A stretch of DNA of 64,000 nucleotides. Source: Thermoanaerobaculia bacterium. Its GTDB lineage: Bacteria; Acidobacteriota; Thermoanaerobaculia; UBA5066. Both the position numbers and the translations under genes were made by a program. The stretch's first letter is position 1. Every line of letters begins with the position of its first letter. The stretch covers positions 3,648,001 to 3,712,000 of the forward strand of contig CAVRAY010000001.1 of NCBI GenBank assembly GCA_963719225.1. Reading direction: 5' to 3'. The notes beneath the pieces were generated by a model. It was not told the DNA's origin. It saw only the letters and a program-made list of their open reading frames with translations, and ran no database searches. Below are positions 1-9,106 of this stretch, in pieces.

Positions 1-430
1 CGGTAGCTTCGCAGGATCTAAGGCTGTAGCGATCTCATCACCAGACCAGTTCCTCGTGAACGTGGCGGCCGATGGCGCCTGGCTGGTGTCAGCCGTCGCG
101 TCCGGGCCGTCCGCGCCCATCCCGGCATCTGAACTGCCACGCTTTGTTCCCGGCGCGGTGCAGTCGTCGCGGGGGGTGTTCGTGTACCACCTCACGAATC
201 GGGGCGCCGAGATCTACGACCTGGCCCTCCAGCCGGCGCCATCCTTGTCCCTCTCTCTCTCTCACGATTCAATTCTCGCGAGCGGCCAGACTTTTCAGAT
301 CACAGTCTCGGGACAGCAGCCATTGGCCCCAGTAACCGTCTCGCTTCGATACGTGACCTCTTCTGGGCGAGAGGCACTCCAACTCATCCACCTCCCGCAG
401 GACCATAAGCGCGCCAACATGGTGCCCTAG
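1..430 (+). CDS. 3' end of a hypothetical, possibly secreted/surface protein (probably truncated by window edge)
   Basis: ORF track 56..430 gives a beta-rich sequence ending at TAG 430; the frame appears open toward the window start; no family recognised. Confidence 0.4.
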   Translation, partial: GSFAGSKAVAISSPDQFLVNVAADGAWLVSAVASGPSAPIPASELPRFVPGAVQSSRGVFVYHLTNRGAEIYDLALQPAPSLSLSLSHDSILASGQTFQITVSGQQPLAPVTVSLRYVTSSGREALQLIHLPQDHKRANMVP

Positions 431-636
431 CACCTTGCGATTGCGTGGGCCAGCGGGAACGCGACAAGCGCTGGCTGTTCCGGGCGGCAAGTACCTTCGA
501 ATGGCCTCGGTCCATCCAGACCCCGGTTCCGCGTACCGCCGCTGATTCGCACGCCTAGAGTGAGGTTCTGACACGAGAGGTGCATCCGGGGGCGGTGCTC
601 GCTACACCGCCCTTCGGGAATGAAAGCTGACCAACG

Positions 637-1950
637 TCAGCGTTCCGCCCGGGGCAAAGTGAGCGTAGCCCGGCACCCGCACATCCCCTCGCGGTTTCTG
701 AGTGAGAGCGCACCACCATGAGCCTCCGCGATCTGGCGGGAGAGAACCAGGCCAATGCCAGACCCTTCCGCTTTTGTCGTGAAGAACGGGACGAACAGGT
801 TCGCGCTTTCAAGCAAACCCGGGCCATCGTCATCCACCTTGATATCAACCTCGTCAGGCCTCAGCGACCAGCCGACGCGGACGCCACCACCAGTCTCGAG
901 GGCGGCGTCTGCGGCGTTCCGCAGAAGGTTGATCAGGGCCTGCTCAATCTGGTCTACGTCGGCGAACACGTCCACGGGCGTGCTTTCCTCGACGTCGACC
1001 ATTAGCCGGGTTTCAAAGCCAGCAGCGCGTCGAACCACGGCGTCCACCGCCATGGGTGCTAAGCGTGGCTTCGGCAGCCGCGCGAGGCGCCCGTAGGCGT
1101 CCATGAAGCGGCCAAGCGATTCCACACGCGACGCAATGACGGCGAGCCCCCGGCCTACGTCTTCGTCCCAGTCCGCGGGCCGCGGGTGGCGCTTCATCGA
1201 GCGTTCCAGACTTCCCGCGATGGAGCGGATCGGCGTAAGCGAGTTGTTCAGCTCATGTCCCATGACGCGAATCAGACGCTGCCAGGCTTCGTGTTCCTCT
1301 TGATGGAGCGCCCGGGAGAGATCCGCGAGGACGACGAGAAGATGAACGCGTCCCTCCTGTCGGAATCGGCCTCTCTTCACACCCCAGCGCCCGCTTCCCC
1401 CTGGAAGTGCGAGGTCAAGCGTCGGCCGGTCGTCGCTCAGTGCATCGGAGAGCCCGATGTCGGAAGCGGTGCGACCGAGGAGCTGTTCCGCTGGCCGCCC
1501 GAGCAGTCGTTCGCCTGCTCTATTCACCAGACGAAGGGCGGGGCCTTCGTCGAACGCGAAGATTGCCACGTCCATTTCCGTCATCACCGTGCGCAGGAGG
1601 GCGTTCGCTTCCAGAGTTCCAAGTCTCTGTTCGCGGTAGGACTCCGCGAGTGCATTCACTTCGCCCGTGACTTCGGCGAGCGCGTCCCGACCGTCGACCC
1701 GCCCGCGAATCGAAGAATCACCCTCGCGGAGCGCTGAAAGGAGGTTCGCGAGAGTTCGGAGTGAATGCCGTACACGACCACGAACGGCCGCCGCAAACCC
1801 CAACCAGGAAGCCACCAGGGCGAGCGTGACTGCCACCTTGACGCCGACCCCTTGAGCCGTTGCGAAGAGAAGCGCCAGCGAGACGACGGTGGCGGGAGCC
1901 CCCGCGAGGAGCGCGAATGTAAGGACGTCCCTCTCATGCCCTCCTCTCAT
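637..1950 (-). CDS. Membrane sensor histidine kinase with PAS domain (NtrY/NtrB-like)
   Basis: Two N-terminal TM helices; H-box VMGHELNNSL; N-box NLLRNAADA; G-boxes DDGPG and GSGIGL; 4-bp overlap with upstream regulator. Confidence 0.9.
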   Translation of the reverse strand: MRGGHERDVLTFALLAGAPATVVSLALLFATAQGVGVKVAVTLALVASWLGFAAAVRGRVRHSLRTLANLLSALREGDSSIRGRVDGRDALAEVTGEVNALAESYREQRLGTLEANALLRTVMTEMDVAIFAFDEGPALRLVNRAGERLLGRPAEQLLGRTASDIGLSDALSDDRPTLDLALPGGSGRWGVKRGRFRQEGRVHLLVVLADLSRALHQEEHEAWQRLIRVMGHELNNSLTPIRSIAGSLERSMKRHPRPADWDEDVGRGLAVIASRVESLGRFMDAYGRLARLPKPRLAPMAVDAVVRRAAGFETRLMVDVEESTPVDVFADVDQIEQALINLLRNAADAALETGGGVRVGWSLRPDEVDIKVDDDGPGLLESANLFVPFFTTKAEGSGIGLVLSRQIAEAHGGALSLRNREGMCGCRATLTLPRAER

Positions 1951-3350
1951 CGTGGGGGCAGCGGCAGGGGGGGTCGCGCGCCTCCCACCGCGGAAATGCC
2001 GTACCTCTCCAGCCTCCGGTAAAGCGCCCCGCGAGAGAGCCCCAGTGCATTCGCCGCTAGGCTGACGTTGTTCCCGAAGCGTGCGAGGGCCTTGCGGATG
2101 AGGTGGGCCTCGACGTCCTCAAGGCTCATGTCGTCGAGGGTCGGGCCCGGCCCGTACGCCGTCCTGAGCCCGAGATCGGCGACCCTGATCTTCTCCCCCG
2201 CCGCCATGAGAACCCCGCGCTCCACGGAATGATCCAGCTCGCGGACGTTCCCCGGCCACCGATAAGCCAACATGGCCTGAACCGCTTCAGGCTCGAAACC
2301 GGTCACCGCCTTTCGAGTCTTGCTGGCGTGACGTGAGAGAAAGAGGTGTGCGAGGAGGGGGATGTCCTCGTACCTGTCGCGAAGGGGCGGGATGGGAATC
2401 TCGACTGTATTGAGGCGGAAAAAAAGATCCTGCCGAAGTCGACCGGACGCGAGGTCCGCTCGGACGTCGGAATTGGTAGCCGAGAAGATCCGTACCGAGA
2501 CGCGCCGGGTTCGCGACGACCCGACCCGTTCAAATTCGCCGGTCTCGACGACCCGGAGGAGCTTCGGCTGGAGTGAGAGCGGGAGCTCGGCGATTTCATC
2601 GAGGAAGAGCGTGCCGCCGTCCGCAAGCTCAAACCGACCAACCCGATCCGACTTCGCGTCGGTAAACGCACCTCGGACGTGCCCGAAGAGCTCGCTCTCG
2701 AAGACGCCCTCGGGGAGGCCGCCCACGTTCACCGTCACGAGCGGCTGGTTGTTGGCGCGCGATGCGGCGTGAAGTGCGCGCGCGACGGCTCCCTTTCCGC
2801 TCCCGTTTTCGCCGGTGATGAGAACGTTCGCGTCGGAGGGGCCCACGCGAGCGATCAATTCAAGGGCCGGTCGCATCGCCTTGGACTCCGCGAGCAGGTC
2901 GGGGCGCCCTCCCTCGCGCAGCAGGCGGTTTTCTAACGCGAGCCTTTCGCCACGCCGAATCGTCCGCGAGAGTTCGGCCTGCGTCTTCAGAATCTGAAGC
3001 AGTCGCTCGTTTTCCCAAGGCTTCTGGACGAAGTCACGCGCCCCAAGCCGCATCGCTTCCACGGCCAGCCCCACGCTGCCCCAAGCGGTCATCACGACCA
3101 CCGGGAGCGTCGGGTCGACGGCGTGAATACTGGCGAGAAGACCCAGTCCTTCGCGCCCAGACGTCGTGTCTCGCGTGTAGTTCAAATCCGCGAGGAGAAC
3201 GTCGAAGTCGCGCGCTTCGAGCGCCGCGACGACACCGCCCGGCGAGCTGACGGTTTCGATTTCGAAGTCTTCTCCCTTGAGGAGCAGTCGTAGAGCTTCG
3301 ACGACGTCGTGCTGGTCGTCAGCGATCAAAAGGCGAGCGGGAACGTTCAT
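1947..3350 (-). CDS. Sigma54-dependent response regulator (REC-AAA+-Fis HTH)
   Basis: REC IADD..D; Walker A GENGSGK; ESELFGH, GAFTDA; Walker B LFLDEI; WPGNVREL; C-terminal HTH. Confidence 0.95.
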   Translation of the reverse strand: MNVPARLLIADDQHDVVEALRLLLKGEDFEIETVSSPGGVVAALEARDFDVLLADLNYTRDTTSGREGLGLLASIHAVDPTLPVVVMTAWGSVGLAVEAMRLGARDFVQKPWENERLLQILKTQAELSRTIRRGERLALENRLLREGGRPDLLAESKAMRPALELIARVGPSDANVLITGENGSGKGAVARALHAASRANNQPLVTVNVGGLPEGVFESELFGHVRGAFTDAKSDRVGRFELADGGTLFLDEIAELPLSLQPKLLRVVETGEFERVGSSRTRRVSVRIFSATNSDVRADLASGRLRQDLFFRLNTVEIPIPPLRDRYEDIPLLAHLFLSRHASKTRKAVTGFEPEAVQAMLAYRWPGNVRELDHSVERGVLMAAGEKIRVADLGLRTAYGPGPTLDDMSLEDVEAHLIRKALARFGNNVSLAANALGLSRGALYRRLERYGISAVGGARPPLPLPPR

Positions 3351-3378
3351 CGCTTTACAAAGGTTACTCGCGTCGCGT

Positions 3379-5787
3379 TCATTCGCCCCGGAGCGCGATT
3401 GCAGGGTCCACGCGCGTGGCCGGAAGGGCCGGAAGGACGCATGCAGCCCCGGCCATCACAACCAGTAGCGCGACCGTCGCAACGAATACCGAGCCATCTA
3501 GCGCGTTCACGCCGAAGAGAAAACTCGACAGGAAGCGGGTAAGGGCTGCGGCGCCCAAGACACCCACGACGGCACCAAGGAGAACGGGAATCATCCCCTG
3601 CCAGGCGATCAGGCGCACCACATCTCGTGGGAGTGCACCTAGTGCGAGCCGGATGCCGATCTCGTGTCGTCGTTCACCTACGCCGTGCGCGACGACGCCA
3701 TAGATTCCGATGCAGGCGAGAAGGATCGCCAGTGCCGCAAACCCAGTCAGGAGGCCTGTCCGGAGTTTCGGCTGGCTCAGGGAAAGGTCCCTCAGCTGTT
3801 GCAGGGTCATCACCCCGTGTATGGGCTGAGTTGGATCGACTTCAGCTGCCGCGCGTCTCACCGCAGATGTGAGCGACGAGGGATCGACGCTGCTCTTCAG
3901 GACGATCGTCATGAGCGACGCGGTCCGAGCGAAGAGCTTGGAGGCGTTCTGGCCATACGGGACATAGACGGTGGGGCGCGCTTCCTGATCGAGCCCTTGG
4001 GACCTCACATCGCCCACGACCCCCACGATCTCGCGCCAATCACCCGGGTCGTTCAGGCTAATTCGCTGACCCACCGGACTTCGGTCCGGGAAGTACCGAC
4101 GCGCGAGCGCCTGGTTCACGACGGCGACGTCCGGCGCCCCCGGACCATCGAGCGCAGTGAAAGCGCGCCCCTCCTGGACCGGGATCCCCAACACTCCGAA
4201 GTAGTCGGCGCTCACGACGCCATACTGGGCGACCCCTTCGGACCCCGTGTCGCGCGAACGCCCCGCCACGAGAAGGCCGGTGGAACCCATTCCGAGACTG
4301 AGAGGTATTGAGCTGCCCGCGGCCGCGAGCTTCACGCCGGGTACCACGGCGGTGCGCTCCAGAAGCCGGCGGAAGAAATCTGCTTGCCGCGCCCGGTCGG
4401 GATAGCGCGACTGTGGCAGCGCGACCCGATACGTCAGGACGTTAGATGGCTCGAATCCGAGAGCCACGCCCGAAAGGCGTGCGAGGCTCTTGAGAAAGAG
4501 GCCTGCCCCCACGACGAGGAGAATGGCGAGCGCCGTCTCGAAGCCAACCAGAAGGGCGCGCGCCGTCCGCCTTTCCCTGCTTGCTGTCGCTCGCCCGCCC
4601 TCTTTGAGCCCCTCTGCGGGCAAGTCCCGTGCGGCGTGGAAAGCGGGAAAGAGCCCGAACAGTACGGTGACGGCAATGGCAACGACGAGTGTGAAGAGAA
4701 ACACTGGGAGCTGAATGCCGACTTCGGGCATCCGCGGGAGATTTGGGTCGGCCGCCCTAAAGGCGGCCAGAGACCAAGTAGCCAGAAGAAGACCGAGTGC
4801 ACTGCCGGCGGCCGCGAGCAACGCGCTTTCCGTGAGGAGCTGGCGCACCAGTCGAAGCGGGCCCGCACCTAGCGCCGCGCGGATGGCGAATTCCCTCTGT
4901 CTCGCGGCCCCGCGCGCTAGAAGGAGGTGCGCGACGTTTGCACATGCGATCAGGAGAACGATGGCGACCGCTGCTCCCAAGGCGAGAAAGGCCGGACGAA
5001 ACTCACCGACGGAAGCCTCGCGCCAAGGCACGAGGACAGCGGCGAGTGGTGGGTCCTGATGGAAGTCCCGGGACGTCCCCACCATGAGAAGGTCCATCTC
5101 GGCCTGAGCGGCCTTGATGGAGATTCCTGGAGCGAGGCGGCCGTATGCACGGAGGTACGTCGTGTTTCGCGCCGAGCGATCGCTGGGCCCGAGGGCGAGC
5201 GGCAGGAGAAGGTCCGCACCAACAAAGTGAAATGAAGCGGGCATGACCGCCGCTACGACGTGCGGTTCGCCGTTAAGCAAGATCGTCTTCCCCAACAACG
5301 TCGTCTGCCCGCCGAATCGCCGCTGCCAGAGGCCGTCAGTGAGTACCACCGTCTTCGGCGCGCCGGGTCGGTCTTCATCGGGCCCGAAGAACTGACCAGA
5401 AGAAGGCGGAATCCCTAGAAGTGGGAAGAGTGAAGCCGACACCTTCGCGCCGACCACTCGCTCCGGCTCGCCCTCGCCGTTCAGCGTGACGCTGATGGTG
5501 CTGACGCCGGTGACGTTCGTCAGCGAGGTAAGACGATCCTTCCAGTCGAGAACGTCTGCGGGAGCCACGCCTGACCGTCCTGCCTTTGCATCAGAGCGGA
5601 AGATCTGGACGATTCTCTCGGAGTCGGCATAAGGGAGAGGCTTCAGGAGGACGCCGTTGACGACGCTGAACAGGGCCGCATTGGCGCCAATGCCGAGCGC
5701 AAGCGTCACGACTGATGCGACGGTAAACCCCGGAGCTCTGCTCAGGGAACGGAGAGCGTAGCGAAGGTCCTGAAGAAGCGCATTCAT
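3379..5787 (-). CDS. Duplicated MacB/FtsX-type ABC permease (ADOP family)
   Basis: Typical start MNALLQDLRYALRSL..PGF..LALGIGAN (ATG 5787); LLIACANVA; REFAIRAALGA; EIGIRLALGA; ends VDPAIALRGE. Confidence 0.92.
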   Translation of the reverse strand: MNALLQDLRYALRSLSRAPGFTVASVVTLALGIGANAALFSVVNGVLLKPLPYADSERIVQIFRSDAKAGRSGVAPADVLDWKDRLTSLTNVTGVSTISVTLNGEGEPERVVGAKVSASLFPLLGIPPSSGQFFGPDEDRPGAPKTVVLTDGLWQRRFGGQTTLLGKTILLNGEPHVVAAVMPASFHFVGADLLLPLALGPSDRSARNTTYLRAYGRLAPGISIKAAQAEMDLLMVGTSRDFHQDPPLAAVLVPWREASVGEFRPAFLALGAAVAIVLLIACANVAHLLLARGAARQREFAIRAALGAGPLRLVRQLLTESALLAAAGSALGLLLATWSLAAFRAADPNLPRMPEVGIQLPVFLFTLVVAIAVTVLFGLFPAFHAARDLPAEGLKEGGRATASRERRTARALLVGFETALAILLVVGAGLFLKSLARLSGVALGFEPSNVLTYRVALPQSRYPDRARQADFFRRLLERTAVVPGVKLAAAGSSIPLSLGMGSTGLLVAGRSRDTGSEGVAQYGVVSADYFGVLGIPVQEGRAFTALDGPGAPDVAVVNQALARRYFPDRSPVGQRISLNDPGDWREIVGVVGDVRSQGLDQEARPTVYVPYGQNASKLFARTASLMTIVLKSSVDPSSLTSAVRRAAAEVDPTQPIHGVMTLQQLRDLSLSQPKLRTGLLTGFAALAILLACIGIYGVVAHGVGERRHEIGIRLALGALPRDVVRLIAWQGMIPVLLGAVVGVLGAAALTRFLSSFLFGVNALDGSVFVATVALLVVMAGAACVLPALPATRVDPAIALRGE

Positions 5788-5854
5788 CGTTCGCACCGGA
5801 TCGGGGCCGCGCCATCGGCGAAACTCGCGGTACGAATACGCTGAAATCGGAGGT

Positions 5855-6577
5855 TCACGCCCTGGTTCCCCCGGCCGTCTCCTCGACAATTCGTCCGTCG
5901 AAAAGGTGAACCGAACGATCTGCGTAACGAGCGTAGCGGGCGTCGTGCGTGACCATGCAAATCGTCGCGCCGCCCCGGTGGAGTTCCCGGAGGAGGTCCA
6001 TTACCGCCTCCCCACTCTTTGAGTCGAGATTTCCCGTTGGCTCGTCAGCAAGCAGGACAGCGGGATCGGTGGCGACCGCGCGCGCCACGGCGACGCGCTG
6101 CTGTTGACCGCCGGAGAGCTGAGGCGGGTAGTGGTTCGTGCGGTGCGCCATTCCCACACGCTCGAGCGCCTCCATCGCCTTCAACCGGCGCTCCGAAGGC
6201 GCCCTGCCCTGATACGTAAGCGGGAGCTCGACATTTTCGAGTACGGTGAGGTCCCCGATCAAATTGAAGCTCTGGAAGACGAAGCCGATCTGCCGGTTTC
6301 GAACTCTCGCGCGTTCAGTGAGCGAGAGCGAAGCGACCGGCGTGCCACTCAACCAGTATTGACCCGCCGATGGCGTATCGAGCAGGCCGAGCAATGAGAG
6401 TAGCGTCGACTTGCCGCAACCAGACGGCCCGGCGATCGCGAGGTACTCACCCTTCTGGACGTTCAGATGAACGCCCGAGAGGGCATGAGTTTCGAGCTCG
6501 TCCGTAAAGAAGACCTTCTTCACGCCCTCGAGCCGAATGAGAGGGGGCTCCGCCGCTCCTTGGGGATCCTGTGTCAC
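5855..6577 (-). CDS. ABC transporter ATP-binding protein (MacB/LolD-like)
   Basis: GPSGCGKST, LSGGQQQRVAVARA, LLADEPTGNLD. Confidence 0.95.
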   Translation of the reverse strand: MTQDPQGAAEPPLIRLEGVKKVFFTDELETHALSGVHLNVQKGEYLAIAGPSGCGKSTLLSLLGLLDTPSAGQYWLSGTPVASLSLTERARVRNRQIGFVFQSFNLIGDLTVLENVELPLTYQGRAPSERRLKAMEALERVGMAHRTNHYPPQLSGGQQQRVAVARAVATDPAVLLADEPTGNLDSKSGEAVMDLLRELHRGGATICMVTHDARYARYADRSVHLFDGRIVEETAGGTRA

Positions 6578-6590
6578 GCGTCCCTCCTCA

Positions 6591-7844
6591 TCACTTGAGC
6601 GCGATCCTCGGAAAAGCGTCCCAGGCCGAGGTGTCTGAAAGGATCACCCGGTCGCCCTCTTTCAAGCCTTCGACGATCTCCACGTTCGAAACCGAGCTCC
6701 TGCCTAGCTTCACTTTGACTCTCTGAGCCTGGCGGCCGTCCGCAATCAAGCGGAAGAGCCCGACGACGCCCTGATCCTGTCCGAGCGAAGGGCGCCCCAC
6801 GTACAGGATGTCCCCCAGACGTTCAAGCTCGACGGTGCCTTCCACAGAGAGGTCGGGACGAGCACCCTTCGGCAACGGCTCCGTTGGCACGACGTCCACG
6901 GTTACGGTGCCGTTCTGCACGGCCGGGTCGATTCGCGAGACGCGCCCAGCAACGATGCCATTGCGCGTGTCAACAGTGGCGGGCAGGCCGATGGTGAGGT
7001 CCTTCGCCTGCGTCTCGGCGACCTTCAGCTCGGCCTTCAATCGGTCCTGGTTCGCGACACGCGCGAGATTCATGCCGGGCGTCACGCGCTGGCCGACCGC
7101 AACCGACACCTGTTGCAGGGTGCCCGCGATCCCCGCGCGGACATGCAAGGCATCGACCTGGCTACGCTTTAGGAGTGCGAGCGCGTGGAGCTGGGCAACG
7201 CGGGCTTCCTGAGCCGCGAGCTGCGCAGAAACCGATTCGGACACTATCGCCAGTCGCCGAGCCTCGAGTTCATTGCGGCGCGCCGCTTCCTCGGCGGTCA
7301 CGCGCGCCAATTTCACACTCAGATCGGCGAGGAGCCCTTGCCTGAACATCTCCTCGTCGACGTCGGCCTTCAGCTTCGCCTGCCGATTCTCAGATTCAAC
7401 GCGTGCAGCCGTGGTCCTCTCGTCGATGTTCTGGCGCTCAAGCGACACCTTCAGGTTTCGAAGCTCCGCTTCGGCGGCCTTCATCTGAAGTTCCGCGTCA
7501 CTCGCCGCGAGCCCCACTTCAGGGTTACTCATTTCGATGATGACCGTACCCGGCGTTACAACGGCACCGGGGAGGATGACGATTCGGTCGACTCGCGCGT
7601 CAGTGGTGGCGGGAATCCAAGAGACGTCTTCGGGGACCAGGGTTCCGGGGCCGCGTACCTGGCGGAGCATTGAGCCTCGTTTCACCGTGTCAATCCATAG
7701 TGCCGACCTCTCCACCCCGGGGAGTGCCGGCGTGAGCCGCGAGAGCCCCAGTGTGATCAGGCCGATGGCCGCAACGAGCAACGCACCCATTGCCAGGCGT
7801 CGCACCCGCACCCCCCGCGGATCTACCTCTCTCGCGATGTCCAC
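6591..7844 (-). CDS. Efflux periplasmic adaptor subunit (HlyD/MFP)
   Basis: N-terminal TM helix, coiled-coil hairpin, lipoyl/beta-barrel motifs (RQVRGPGTLVP, GLKEGDRVILSD); probable GTG start at 7844. Confidence 0.88.
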   Translation of the reverse strand: MDIAREVDPRGVRVRRLAMGALLVAAIGLITLGLSRLTPALPGVERSALWIDTVKRGSMLRQVRGPGTLVPEDVSWIPATTDARVDRIVILPGAVVTPGTVIIEMSNPEVGLAASDAELQMKAAEAELRNLKVSLERQNIDERTTAARVESENRQAKLKADVDEEMFRQGLLADLSVKLARVTAEEAARRNELEARRLAIVSESVSAQLAAQEARVAQLHALALLKRSQVDALHVRAGIAGTLQQVSVAVGQRVTPGMNLARVANQDRLKAELKVAETQAKDLTIGLPATVDTRNGIVAGRVSRIDPAVQNGTVTVDVVPTEPLPKGARPDLSVEGTVELERLGDILYVGRPSLGQDQGVVGLFRLIADGRQAQRVKVKLGRSSVSNVEIVEGLKEGDRVILSDTSAWDAFPRIALK

Positions 7845-7857
7845 CAGTTCCAGCAAT

Positions 7858-7873
7858 AACAACTCGCATGCCA
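7858..7873 (-). promoter_or_regulatory. Putative sigma54 -24/-12 promoter of the efflux operon (variant -12)
   Basis: Minus strand TGGCATGCGAGTTGTT; GG-N10 spacing is correct but GT replaces GC; a bEBP is encoded in the operon. Confidence 0.5.
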
Positions 7874-7936
7874 CGACGAAGCAGCGGCTAAGAACCTGTG
7901 GCTGGACGCGTTGACGCGTTCTTCATTCCTTCCCAC

Positions 7937-7972
7937 TGTCCGAAAGTGGCCACCGGCGTCCGGAAGTGGACA
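7937..7972. promoter_or_regulatory. Tandem imperfect palindromes, candidate enhancer (UAS) for the bEBP
   Basis: TGTCCGAAAGTGGCCA and CGTCCGGAAGTGGACA, about 65-100 bp upstream of the sigma54 motif. Confidence 0.55.
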
Positions 7973-8268
7973 CAACTACTACGGCTCTCTGCGAGGCATG
8001 CAGCACTGTCTTTCGAAGGTCCTCCGGCACGGCGGGTAGCTCCAGCCATCGGAGGGCCTCGAGGCCAGGCGCGACGGCTTCGCCCGTTCGGCCACGAGGT
8101 CTCGGTCCGGGCGCCAGCCCCATTCGACGTTGCACGCTTAGGTAGACGTACCAGCCTTCCCTTTCAGTCACAACCTAGGACACATCGACCACCTCTGCTC
8201 TTAGCTGCTTCGCGTCGGAGACCCCGCGAGGAGTCCCGTCGGGCCGTAACCTGAATTGGATCGCCTTC

Positions 8269-9075
8269 TTACGGCTCGAATGCAGAGAAAGGTCGGTAGT
8301 TCGTCCCCGAGATCACTATGGAGGTTGCGCGCGCGGCGTCGGATGGAACAACCTCGAGGCCGTAGGAGCCCGCGCACCCCGAAAACCTAAGGGGCGTCCC
8401 TCTGGAAAGGCGTTCCCAGTCGTAGACCCGAAGCCTGAACAAGCATATGGGTACGGGCTTTCCTGAACCGCGGTCGACGGCGTCATCCCAGACGCATTCG
8501 TAAAGGCACTTCGCGTTTCTCGTCAAGACGGAATCAACCCTCCCGACGGCCGCGTTGTTCTTCAGCGTAGCCACAGCTCGCTTGAACATCTCCGGGTCGT
8601 CGACCGCGAACGGCGTACCGTCCCTGATGATGCCGGCCATGATCGGGCCCATCACCACGCGTGGCGATGCTTCTGGCAGAAAGGAGCGGTAAAGCGCCGA
8701 ATGGAAGCCGCGCACCCAGCGCCAGATGAAGCCCTTGAGATCGTCGCTCACTGCCCCGAGGCCTGGCGGTAGCTCCGACGGCGCGGAGAGCTTCGCTCTT
8801 CTCTTTGCTGCGGGCCGGGAGTGGCCCTGGAGAAGCTCGACCAGTTCCCCCATGACCTGGTCCGCTCCTGACTGGTTTTCGTTGCAAGACTTATGCGCTG
8901 GCAGGATGAGCGGCGGCGTGCGATCCGACGGCAGGAAAAGCGAATTCGGGGGAACGTGCTCGCGCGTCCAAGTCTTGTCGCCTCCCTTGGAGCCAATCGG
9001 AAGGCCGCAAAGGTAGCAGAAGGAAATCGTCTGCAAGGGCCGAAAATCTGCCTGCGCTCCCAGCCGAATCGACAT
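8269..9075 (-). CDS. HNH-endonuclease-like protein with uncharacterised C-terminal domain
   Basis: N-terminal CYLC...TREHVPP...PAHKSCN matches the zinc-binding HNH pattern CxxC-(D/E)H-x-P-..-(C/H)xxCN. Confidence 0.7.
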   Translation of the reverse strand: MSIRLGAQADFRPLQTISFCYLCGLPIGSKGGDKTWTREHVPPNSLFLPSDRTPPLILPAHKSCNENQSGADQVMGELVELLQGHSRPAAKRRAKLSAPSELPPGLGAVSDDLKGFIWRWVRGFHSALYRSFLPEASPRVVMGPIMAGIIRDGTPFAVDDPEMFKRAVATLKNNAAVGRVDSVLTRNAKCLYECVWDDAVDRGSGKPVPICLFRLRVYDWERLSRGTPLRFSGCAGSYGLEVVPSDAARATSIVISGTNYRPFSAFEP

Positions 9076-9106
9076 CTTCAGGCGGTTCGAAGCGAGAACT
9101 TTCGCC

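Noticed and set aside
250-263. CT dinucleotide run as a phase-variation tract
   Set aside because: Short (about 6 units), encodes SLSLS in frame, and no evidence of slippage.
7923-8254. Small ORFs between the efflux operon and the HNH gene (WYVYL motif, GIY-YIG-like?)
   Set aside because: No further GIY-YIG motifs, and one ORF overlaps the regulatory palindromes; unsupported.
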